A stretch of DNA of 63,514 bases, counting the filler, from Octopus bimaculoides (Eukaryota), in NCBI RefSeq assembly GCF_001194135.2. It is 6 parts of 6 records of this genome, joined end to end, with 100 filler letters (N's around TTAATTAATTAA, not from the genome) between each part and the next. Parts side by side here need not be neighbours in the genome. Positions count along the whole stretch, not along the records: positions 18,163 to 35,591 come from NC_069002.1; positions 35,692 to 48,969 come from NC_068988.1; 4 more parts are not named here. The stretch is one strand, 5' to 3'. Each line of letters opens with the position of its first letter. Within the stretch, counting starts at the first letter, position 1. A program made the position numbers and the translations under genes. This document shows positions 26,793 to 38,338 of this stretch, piece by piece. The notes beneath the pieces were generated by a model. It ran no database searches, was not told the DNA's origin, and saw only the letters and a program-made list of their open reading frames with translations.

Positions 26793-28329
26793 NNNNNNNN
26801 NNNNNNNNNNNNNNNNNNNNNNNNNNNNNNNNNNNNNNNNNNNNNNNNNNNNNNNNNNNNNNNNNNNNNNNNNNNNNNNNNNNNNNNNNNNNNNNNNNNN
26901 NNNNNNNNNNNNNNNNNNNNNNNNNNNNNNNNNNNNNNNNNNNNNNNNNNNNNNNNNNNNNNNNNNNNNNNNNNNNNNNNNNNNNNNNNNNNNNNNNNNN
27001 NNNNNNNNNNNNNNNNNNNNNNNNNNNNNNNNNNNNNNNNNNNNNNNNNNNNNNNNNNNNNNNNNNNNNNNNNNNNNNNNNNNNNNNNNNNNNNNNNNNN
27101 NNNNNNNNNNNNNNNNNNNNNNNNNNNNNNNNNNNNNNNNNNNNNNNNNNNNNNNNNNNNNNNNNNNNNNNNNNNNNNNNNNNNNNNNNNNNNNNNNNNN
27201 NNNNNNNNNNNNNNNNNNNNNNNNNNNNNNNNNNNNNNNNNNNNNNNNNNNNNNNNNNNNNNNNNNNNNNNNNNNNNNNNNNNNNNNNNNNNNNNNNNNN
27301 NNNNNNNNNNNNNNNNNNNNNNNNNNNNNNNNNNNNNNNNNNNNNNNNNNNNNNNNATATATATATATATATACACACACAAATGTACGTATATATGAAT
27401 AGGTATATGTCTGTATAAATATATTTGTACAGGAGAACGCATGAAGACCAAGACTAGAATCTGTTAACGCACTGCTGTTGCTAATGGTAAGTGGAGATGG
27501 TGGAGATGCTGGGGATGGTATGGGCATGGGTAGTGATGTTGGTCGTGCTGCTGCTGTTGCTGATGATGATAGTTGTGGTTGGCTTTGCTTGGTGGTGATG
27601 GTGGTTACGCATATATAAATGGTAGCGCTGCGTTCGTTCTTGAAGTATTAAGGAAATTATTGGTCGGTGTGACGACAGCAAAAAAAAAAAAACGGCTTGT
27701 TTGCTGCTGAGGGCATTTGAGGTGTGAAGAATAATACACGGAAATGGTGTTGTACGAATGAACTGATATAATCAGCTTAAAGATGGCGATGGGACGTGAC
27801 GCTGGTGGGAACTAAAAGTCAATTTTGTGGCACAGGATTTAGTAGGATCTGGTGATATCTTGCACTTCAATGTTATTCCTGGTGGCATTGTATGTTGTTG
27901 TTGTTGTCTGTCTGTGAGTTTATATANNNNNNNNNNNNNNNNNNNNNNNNNNNNNNNNNNNNNNNNNNNNNNNNNNNNNNNNNNNNNNNNNNNNNNNNNN
28001 NNNNNNNNNNNNNNNNNNNNNNNNNNNNNNNNNNNNNNNNNNNNNNNNNNNNNNNNNNNNNNNNNNNNNNNNNNNNNNNNNNNNNNNNNNNNNNNNNNNN
28101 NNNNNNNNNNNNNNNNNNNNNNNNNNNNNNNNNNNNNNNNNNNNNNNNNNNNNNNNNNNNNNNNNNNNNNNNNNNNNNNNNNNNNNNNNNNNNNNNNNNN
28201 NNNNNNNNNNNNNNNNNNNNNNNNNNNNNNNNNNNNNNNNNNNNNNNNNNNNNNNNNNNNNNNNNNNNNNNNNNNNNNNNNNNNNNNNNNNNNNNNNNNN
28301 NNNNNNNNNNNNNNNNNNNNNNNNNNNNN

Positions 28330-28820
28330 ATAAACTGCCATCTAAATTACGCAAAAATGAAAATAAGACTGACATCTCATCATTTGACAGGTATATATCT
28401 ATCAAAATTGTATAATAATATCTTGAAATACTAAAGAGTAAATTTATTCAATAAAATCGCCATTGGCTTCAACTACAGCCTCCAGCCGACTTTGGAATTT
28501 TCTGTAACTCTTTTGGACGATCTCCTTGTTTAAGTTGGTGAATGCTGCCATAATCTTTGGTGTTACAAGGAGTTTTGTTGGTCTGGCATGATGCAGAGTC
28601 CTGTTGCCAGACATAGGGTCTTGCTGCAACCACCCTCTTGACCCCAGGGCAGCGCTGAATCCGTGTGGGAAGATGAATGGAGGCATAACGTCGCCATCAC
28701 TAAGTGATAATTCCAAACACTATGATGTTGACTGGATGTTTCATTTTTATCACACTCGGTAATTGTTTTGGGGACGCGGCAAATGTTCGTATTGGAGCAT
28801 CCGGAGCTCCCCAAAATGTT
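28330..28820 (-). mobile_element. maT-like (DD37D) Tc1/mariner transposase 3' fragment
   Basis: HPVNIIVFGIITSDGDVMPPFIFPHG...AAFTNLNKEIVQKSYRKFQSRLEAVVEANGDFIE*, with internal deletions. Confidence 0.85.
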
Positions 28821-28825
28821 GTAAC

Positions 28826-28876
<51 letters not shown>

Positions 28877-29044
28877 GATTTCACCGAGGTCGGCTTTGCT
28901 TTTCATCCTTTGAGGGGATAATAAAATAAATACGAATAGTGAACAGGAGTCGATGTGATCAACTTAACTTCTTCCCCGAAATTGCTAGCTTTCATCAAAG
29001 TGGCACTGGGGTAAAATATGAGAAGCCGAGTATACCCATCATAT

Positions 29045-29510
29045 CTACCCGTCTGATAAGGGTACACCAGGAACATGCATCACGACCATATGTGCGCTTA
29101 CATAGTGATCTCATATCAAGCACTTGACCTTGCAGGTGGGGTCCAGTTAGAACTTTCTTCAGGTCGAATAGCCCATCCCGTTCAAAAGGTCCCTGAATGA
29201 GAGTTGTTTAAGGATGTTGAACAAAACATCCAGGTTTCCAAAGGGGAATTATTCAAGCCCCAAAGAATTCCTCTCGACACATGGCTATGATGCTCCCCCA
29301 CTACTTCTGCTCATGATCAGAGATGCACATATCGTCAGCCATCAAGGTACATGCTCAACTGGTTAAGGTCAAACAACTGACAAGCAAATCTGTGGTATTA
29401 AGCAGAATATTTGTTGTAGCCCATCTTTTATACCAAGACAAAACAATGTACATGATAACACTTCCAATCAGTTAAGATCAGAAGCCATGAGAGCCAATGC
29501 CTGGTACTGC

Positions 29511-29512
<2 letters not shown>
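29045..29512. repeat. interspersed repeat of unknown class
   Basis: Non-coding block between a SINE fragment and an (ATT)n tail, recognised by appearance as a common octopus repeat. It has no second copy in this window. Confidence 0.4.
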
Positions 29513-29553
<41 letters not shown>

Positions 29554-30047
29554 GAGAAAACTGAAGTCAATATTATACATCTGTTTTAGAACATTACATA
29601 CTTGTGCGTTTGTTTGTATATGTGGTCTTTGTTTGTGTGTGTGCCTGTGTTTATATGTATATTGAGATACGTAGCTATACGCTTACCAGAAAATTATGCA
29701 GCAATGAAATAGAAGACTCGAAATGCACAGAGAGAATGTGATTATAACAAGAATATGTGAAATTAATGGCTTTTAAATTTCAAGCAATTAGTCTGATAGG
29801 TATATTTTTATCTATTTATCAATTCAATCTATCTACCCGTCTCTGTTTCGACGCCTCTGTACCTACCTGTAAATCAATCTCCTGTGTGAGTGGGTGTATG
29901 TTTGAGTTTATATATGTGTGTATGTATGCATGTGTGTGTGTATATATGTAGGTATTCAATGGAGATGTTTGTATGTGATACATATGCATGTGTATATATT
30001 TAAATACATATATACATATGCATACATATATATACCGTTCTCTCTCA

Positions 30048-30081
<34 letters not shown>

Positions 30082-30090
30082 GTGTATGTA

Positions 30091-30175
<85 letters not shown>

Positions 30176-31046
30176 CTTATATTCACGCACACGCACTCAC
30201 ACGCACGCGTGCACGCACACACACACACATATACATGCATATGATAATGTCTTTAATTATATGCCAGTATTTATGCATGTATATATGGACATATACGTAT
30301 ATGTATTAATGTGTGCATACATACATACATACATACATACAAACATACATACATACATAGATTGATGGATAGATAGATGGGTGTTTAAAACATATAAGTA
30401 GTGGGAAATTTGGCGTAAATTTGCGAAAGTAAAATTTTATCAAATCTTTGATCAATTCTCCATAATTTCACTTCAAGGGAGGAAATTGTTGGTAATTTTA
30501 TAGAATGCTTATTGAAAATTACTTTGCAGATTATACACCGTAAAGATATTACTTCGTTAGAATCTTAAAATGTAAAAATATAACATAAAACACTTAGAAA
30601 AATGACAAAAACTAACGAATAAAATATGTGTACAAATTAGAGTTAGAAATATGGAAAGTAAAATTTAAAAACATTGAGAATAAAAATATAATATTGAAAT
30701 TTATTAACAAGGAAAATTTGTTAAGAGATTAAAAACGAAAAAAGTATTTTTTTCAAAAGCAAAAGAGAAGCGAAAAGATAATTGCTGCAAAGTATTTTCA
30801 TATGGAATTATTACTTACGATATTTGTTGAATGTTGCAAGTGTAAAGGTAAAATGGTATTAGAAACGATGCCAGTAATGATGCTAATTTTCTGGCTCTTT
30901 GGAAGATTAATTCGGTTTATCCCTATTAACTACGAAGTAGGAAGAGCAATTTTGGTTGGACATTAAAAGACATTATTAATCCGCTTAGAAATTTATCTTA
31001 AGAGCTTATTTAACGGAACTTGTTTAAATGTATCTAGCATTAAAAT

Positions 31047-31098
<52 letters not shown>

Positions 31099-31207
31099 AA
31101 TGCTGCGTCTTAAAGTGATAGACCTATTTTTCTTGCTTCCTACATATGACTTCTTTTTTCACTGGATGTGGTTTTGATTCAAAACATTGTTTCTTTGTAA
31201 TAATAAC

Positions 31208-31247
<40 letters not shown>

Positions 31248-31267
31248 TTAATAATAATAATAATCCT

Positions 31268-31483
31268 TTCTATTGTAGGCACAAGGGACTGAAATTATGG
31301 TGGGAGAGGACCAGTCGATTACATCAACCCCATAGTTTTCACTGGTACTTAAAATTTATCGACTAGGAAAGAATGAAAGACAAAGTCGACCTCGACGGAA
31401 TTTGAACTCAGAACGTAACGGCGGGCGAAATACCGCGAAGCATTTAGCCCGGCGTGCTGACGATTCTGCCAGTTCCCCCGCCT
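31268..31483 (-). mobile_element. SINE family A copy
   Basis: aaagtcgacctcgacggaatttgaactcagaacgtaacggcgggcgaaataccgcgaagcatttagcccggcg. Confidence 0.85.
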
Positions 31484-32546
31484 TAACAACAACAACAACA
31501 GCAATAATAATTCNNNNNNNNNNNNNNNNNNNNNNNNNNNNNNNNNNNNNNNNNNNNNNNNNNNNNNNNNNNNNNNNNNNNNNNNNNNNNNNNNNNNNNN
31601 NNNNNNNNNNNNNNNNNNNNNNNNNNNNNNNNNNNNNNNNNNNNNNNNNNNNNNNNNNNNNNNNNNNNNNNNNNNNNNNNNNNNNNNNNNNNNNNNNNNN
31701 NNNNNNNNNNNNNNNNNNNNNNNNNNNNNNNNNNNNNNNNNNNNNNNNNNNNNNNNNNNNNNNNNNNNNNNNNNNNNNNNNNNNNNNNNNNNNNNNNNNN
31801 NNNNNNNNNNNNNNNNNNNNNNNNNNNNNNNNNNNNNNNNNNNNNNNNNNNNNNNNNNNNNNNNNNNNNNNNNNNNNNNNNNNNNNNNNNNNNNNNNNNN
31901 NNNNNNNNNNNNNNNNNNNNNNNNNNNNNNNNNNNNNNNNNNNNNNNNNNNNNNNNNNNNNNNNNNNNNNNNNNNNNNNNNNNNNNNNNNNNNNNNNNNN
32001 NNNNNNNNNNNNNNNNNNNNNNNNNNNNNNNNNNNNNNNNNNNNNNNNNNNNNNNNNNNNNNNNNNNNNNNNNNNNNNNNNNNNNNNNNNNNNNNNNNNN
32101 NNNNNNNNNNNNNNNNNNNNNNNNNNNNNNNNNNNNNNNNNNNNNNNNNNNNNNNNNNNNNNNNNNNNNNNNNNNNNNNNNNNNNNNNNNNNNNNNNNNN
32201 NNNNNNNNNNNNNNNNNNNNNNNNNNNNNNNNNNNNNNNNNNNNNNNNNNNNNNNNNNNNNNNNNNNNNNNNNNNNNNNNNNNNNNNNNNNNNNNNNNNN
32301 ATATATATAGACATACATTATATATATAAATATATATATATACATATATATATACATACATACGTATACATATACATATATATACACATATATACACATA
32401 TATACATATATATACATATATATATATACATACATACGTATACATATACATATATATATACATATATACACTTATATATACATACATATATACATATATA
32501 CATAGATATACATATATACACATACATATACATATATACATATTTA

Positions 32547-32580
<34 letters not shown>

Positions 32581-33001
32581 TACACATACAGCCGCACAAA
32601 TTCCTCCGATGTCGGTTTTGCGTCTAATCCTCGGCTGTCTTTAGAATAAGCCACCAATGTAATACTGTGCACAGTGTGGTGGATTAAAATCCCCCTTCCA
32701 CTGAACGCCAAACCCCCTTATCTTGAGCCTTAATTAAAAGCAATTATAAATTAAAAAAATTTTAATAATATAACCATGGTGATGATATCGCTGGTGATCA
32801 TGACGACGGGGAGGAGCAGGAGATGGGGGAGGGCGGTGTGGTAGAGGTGGTGGTGGCGGTTTTCATTATGAGGAAGATGATGACAAAATGACAAAAACAA
32901 CGACGATGTTAATGATGATGATGATAGTCATCATCATCATCATCATCATTAACATCGTCGTTGTCGTCGTCATCGCTTCATCATCATTATCATTATCATA
33001 G

Positions 33002-33049
<48 letters not shown>

Positions 33050-34138
33050 CGATGGTGTTGTTGATACTCGTATTTTCATTTCCGTTTTGTTGTTTTTTTT
33101 TCTTTTTTTGTGTGTATTTTAATATTTCTAATGCATTTTTTAAAATTCATATTTATATTTAATTTTTTTCTTTTTTTTATCTTTCTTCGTAACTTTCCCC
33201 CGAAATAGTTTCAATTTTGTATTTTCTTCAAATTTTTGTTCTTAGTTTAAATATATAAAAAAAAATTAGATTTAAAAAAAAACACGGGGAAACAAATAAA
33301 ACAAAAGAAAACGATATAAACAATATTTTTAATTTTTCTTAATTAAATCAATCAATTTTTTTCTAACAATTGATATTCTTGTCCAAATATTTTGAAAGGT
33401 TATTATAAATATTGTGCAAGAAAAATAGAAATGTCATCGTATTTCTTTCTCGAGTATTTAATTATTTTTATTAGAAGCTAATTACAAATAATCATCATTA
33501 AATTTATTTCTTCGTTGAACATTTTAATTCTGTAGATAATAACATTACAGAAAATTATTACACCGTGTTTCATTCATATTTATATCTTTCGCCTCCATTT
33601 TTTTTTCATTCATTTTCTCTAGCTCTTTCTTTTTCTCTAATTCATTCCCTCTGGCTGCTTCTTTTTCATTCATCCTCTGTAGCTCTTTCTGTCTCTCTCA
33701 TTCATTTCCACGTTCTCCCTCTCGTTTATTTTCTCAAGCTCTTTCTTTTCGTTCTTTTTCTCTAGCTCTTTCCTTCACTCATTTATTCTCTCTTGTTCTT
33801 TCTTTCTCTCTCATTCATTCTCTCTTGTTCTTTCTTTCTCTCTCATTCATTCTCTCTAGAACTTTCTTTTTCCCTCTTTCAATTATCTCTACCTCTTTGT
33901 TTTCTCTCACTCATTCTCTCTGACGCTGATCATCAATGGTCATCATATTTAAAATTAAGGATTTCTATGCTTCAAAATTTTATTCTGAAAGAAATCAATA
34001 AAGATTTATTAAAGAGTACACATCAATTATTCAGCATGTAGAATTTCTTCTAAAACACTGCAAGAATGACATCTTAAATCGAATTTGAAAAATAATGTTT
34101 TTAAAAAAATCGGACAGTATTTTTCGAACGACCTAAAA

Positions 34139-34248
34139 ATTCTGAATGTCTCTTCATTCTGAATGTCTCTTCATTCTGAATGTCTCTTNNNNNNNNNNTC
34201 TGAATGTCTCTTCATTCTGAATGTCTCTTCATTCTGAATGTCTCTTCA
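34139..34248. repeat. 17-bp tandem repeat (ttctgaatgtctcttca)n spanning a small gap
   Basis: About three units on each side of the 10-N gap. Confidence 0.9.
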
Positions 34249-34729
34249 GTACAGCAACTGTTGGACAACAAGTTGTATTAAATGAATAAAATAACATGTA
34301 GATAGAGGTTTCAAAAAGTCATCAGTGAAAATCCAAAAAACTTTTGACTAAACCTGGTGGCAAGTGAACTTGTTATTCAAAAATACTCTCGAAACACAAC
34401 GTTGCATCGACTCCGTTAATCGCTATTTTCATTCATCATAGCTTTTCATTCTTTCATTCTGTCTTTATTTCATTCATTCTTCTATCTTTCAGTATTCTTT
34501 CTTTCCTTATTTCATTCTCTTTTCCTTCATTTGACCCCTTTTATTTTACTTTCTATCGGATCAATATGTTCATTTCGCCGCCATCTTTGAATAAACACCT
34601 GTCAAAAAATGGCGGTTTGAGGTTTCATACTTTTTCTTTGTTTCTTTTTCGTGACTTTCTTTTTTTCATTCATCGCTTTTTATTTTCTTTATTCCTCTTT
34701 CTCCTTCTTATTCTCACTTTTTTATGTCT

Positions 34730-34865
34730 TAGTTCTTCTTCTTCTTCTTCTTCTTCTTCTTTTTCTTCTTCTTCTTCTTCTTCTTCTTCTTCTTCTTCTT
34801 CTTCTTCTTCTTCTTCTTCTTCTTCTTCTTCCAATTTCAATTCTTTCACCATGACCATGACCATG

Positions 34866-34899
<34 letters not shown>

Positions 34900-35063
34900 C
34901 AAAAATCTCCTTTACATTCTTTTATTTTCTCCTCTCCCCACCTCCTCTTCCCCTTCTCCTCCTCCTCCTCCTCATCATCATCATTACCATCATAACCAAT
35001 ATCTTCTACTACTTCCACTTCCTCTTCTTCTCTTCTTCTTCTTCTTCTTCTAACTTCGATTCT

Positions 35064-35109
<46 letters not shown>

Positions 35110-35310
35110 CCATCATCACCAACATCTTCTTTACATTCTCTTATTTCTTCCTCTCCTCCTCCTACTCCTCCTCCTCCTCATCATCATCATCATCATCGCC
35201 ATCATCACCAACATCTTCTTTACATTCTTTTATTTCTTCCTCTCCTCCACCTCCTCCTACTCCTCCTCCGACTCCTCCTCGTCATTATCATCATCATCAC
35301 CATCCTCATC
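34730..35310. repeat. compound trinucleotide array with a higher-order spacer unit
   Basis: (TCT)n/(ATC)n/(CTC)n runs separated by recurrent accaacatcttctttacattc..tatttcttc. Confidence 0.9.
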
Positions 35311-35711
35311 ATAAGAATCTGGTACTTCGTTAAACGTTGCAAAATTCTTCACTTGGAATCCAAACACCAACAATGAAACTATATTCTGTACCAAACAAAC
35401 GGTTGCCAACTGATAGGTACACACGCATTCACACACAAACAGATACGCACACACACACACACACAGACACACACACACACACACACACACACACGATCCT
35501 ACACTGGTACACTTGCACACACTCGCACACACAGCCACACATACACACACAAACTCGCGCACACTCACATACACATACAAGACGCAAGAACNNNNNNNNN
35601 NNNNNNNNNNNNNNNNNNNNNNNNNNNNNNNNNNNTTAATTAATTAANNNNNNNNNNNNNNNNNNNNNNNNNNNNNNNNNNNNNNNNNNNNTATGTATGT
35701 ATGTATGTATT

Positions 35712-35914
35712 CAGTAGTACCTCGGTTTTCGAGCCACTCTGATCACGAATAAATCGTGCTTTATATCTATATATATAGATATAAAGCACGGTTTATTCGT
35801 GATCAGAGGCGTTCGTAAAACGAGGTACTACTGTACTAAATGAATATAAGAAAGACAGGAGATAAAGTACGATTTATTCGTGATCAAAGTTGTTCGAGAA
35901 CCGAGGTTCTACTG
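35712..35914. mobile_element. pogo/Tigger-like MITE collapsed into a palindrome, plus an extra right arm
   Basis: cagtagtacctcg...cgaggtactactg|ta forms a 122-bp near-palindrome. A third arm lies at 35862-35914, ending ctactg|ta. Confidence 0.7.
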
Positions 35915-36339
35915 TATATTGAAATTTCTATTGATTGAAATACGGGATGAAATGTGCACCTTACAATCGTTAATAAACTCTTTTTATCGTAAATTGCCTA
36001 CCATTTCTCATCTATTCTTGCTGCATACACGTTTCAAGCTTACTAACTCATCGCACTAGGATCTTTGGATCATACTAACCTATATATACATGTGTGTGTG
36101 TGTGCGTGTGTGTTTGTGTGTGTGTGTATAAAAGTTTCAAGAATTAACCAGAAACATGGTAAAGGAACGAACGAACAAAAAATTCACATACAAGACATAG
36201 ACATGCTCTTTCCTCGTCAGGTATCGTCCAAGAAAATCATTACAATTTTATGCTTTTAGCGAATAGCTGCTGAGAATAATGGGCGAACGTTGATGAAAGT
36301 GTCGAAAACAAATACGACGTGGGTATAAATGTAAATATA

Positions 36340-36373
<34 letters not shown>

Positions 36374-36459
36374 ACACCACACCACACCACACACACATTA
36401 CACCCGATCTTACCATTTGGTTTCGTGCTAGGGGCCCAACGGAGTATTAGGTAACAGCC

Positions 36460-36808
36460 GGATTATGTAACCCTGCATTTTTCAGAGATGGCAGTCATGA
36501 AATGAAATATGGTGTCTGAATATTGATTTTCATCACTCTCGGTACATGTCCTCAGATTGCACTGTTCTCAGATTGACACCCAAACACTCTGAAATTTTCG
36601 TATTGGAGCTTCTGGGGCGAACGCCAAGCAGTACAGCATGATGTTTCCAAATTCCTGGCGAAGTGCATTGCTTCATGGTGCTGTTTTTCCTCACAGACAG
36701 TGCTCAACAGATCCTACTATGCTGTGTAGTTGACAAAATCAAAAACAAACAATGTACATGTGCGAAATTAAAAATAAAAATGGCGACAATTTACCCATCG
36801 CACTCCGT
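36460..36808 (-). mobile_element. maT-like transposon 5' fragment
   Basis: IWKHHAVLLGVRPRSSNTKISECLGVNLRTVQ, with a TIR-like gagtgcgatgggtaaattgtcgcca at the right end. Confidence 0.75.
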
Positions 36809-36874
36809 GTGTATGTGCGCGCGCGCGCGTGTATAGAGTGTTAGGTGTGATGTACAGAAATTGAATATTTCTCA

Positions 36875-36908
<34 letters not shown>

Positions 36909-37099
36909 GCGCCTCCCACACCTCCCAACACCATCACAACACACCACCACGCACACACCAGCACTGACCAATTCCCATCCCCACATTTTCCCACCTACAT
37001 ACACACATGCATACGTTAAGATCATCAGCATTCTCTTACATACACGCACCTTCGTTTTGGGATCACTGCTACTTTGTTATCTCCCCTTCTTCTTAACTC

Positions 37100-37317
37100 T
37101 CCTGTGTAATCGTTCTGTCCGGCATTCGCCATGATAGATCGCTGACCACTACACACATTTTTTCTCCTTGTTTCTTTCTGCGTTCCTTTCTGTGGAAGAG
37201 CGTAGGCTCGAAACGTTAAAGACTTTTTCAATTCCCGAGCGTTGTACTAATACATCTATTTGTTTTCTACACCACCTGTCTTCGTCTGTTGTTTTTTTTG
37301 TGAATTCTCCCTATATA
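37100..37317 (+). mobile_element. Penelope-like element terminal fragment
   Basis: Contains gaagagcgtaggctcgaaacgttaaag, a hammerhead-like core typical of Penelope terminal repeats. Confidence 0.5.
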
Positions 37318-38338
37318 NNNNNNNNNNNNNNNNNNNNNNNNNNNNNNNNNNNNNNNNNNNNNNNNNNNNNNNNNNNNNNNNNNNNNNNNNNNNNNNNNNN
37401 NNNNNNNNNNNNNNNNNNNNNNNNNNNNNNNNNNNNNNNNNNNNNNNNNNNNNNNNNNNNNNNNNNNNNNNNNNNNNNNNNNNNNNNNNNNNNNNNNNNN
37501 NNNNNNNNNNNNNNNNNNNNNNNNNNNNNNNNNNNNNNNNNNNNNNNNNNNNNNNNNNNNNNNNNNNNNNNNNNNNNNNNNNNNNNNNNNNNNNNNNNNN
37601 NNNNNNNNNNNNNNNNNNNNNNNNNNNNNNNNNNNNNNNNNNNNNNNNNNNNNNNNNNNNNNNNNNNNNNNNNNNNNNNNNNNNNNNNNNNNNNNNNNNN
37701 NNNNNNNNNNNNNNNNNNNNNNNNNNNNNNNNNNNNNNNNNNNNNNNNNNNNNNNNNNNNNNNNNNNNNNNNNNNNNNNNNNNNNNNNNNNNNNNNNNNN
37801 NNNNNNNNNNNNNNNNNNNNNNNNNNNNNNNNNNNNNNNNNNNNNNNNNNNNNNNNNNNNNNNNNNNNNNNNNNNNNNNNNNNNNNNNNNNNNNNNNNNN
37901 NNNNNNNNNNNNNNNNNNNNNNNNNNNNNNNNNNNNNNNNNNNNNNNNNNNNNNNNNNNNNNNNNNNNNNNNNNNNNNNNNNNNNNNNNNNNNNNNNNNN
38001 NNNNNNNNNNNNNNNNNNNNNNNNNNNNNNNNNNNNNNNNNNNNNNNNNNNNNNNNNNNNNNNNNNNNNNNNNNNNNNNNNNNNNNNNNNNNNNNNNNNN
38101 NNNNNNNNNNNNNNNNNNNNNNNNNNNNNNNNNNNNNNNNNNNNNNNNNNNNNNNNNNNNNNNNNNNNNNNNNNNNNNNNNNNNNNNNNNNNNNNNNNNN
38201 NNNNNNNNNNNNNNNNNNNNNNNNNNNNNNNNNNNNNNNNNNNNNNNNNNNNNNNNNNNNNNNNNNNNNNNNNNNNNNNNNNNNNNNNNNNNNNNNNNTA
38301 TATATGTATATACATACACACATGCACAAATATATATA

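Noticed and set aside
27487-27720. Protein-looking frames (LLGGDGGYAYINGSAAFVLEVLRK)
   Set aside because: Derived from degenerate GGT/GAT/GCT triplet repeats, with no splice support.
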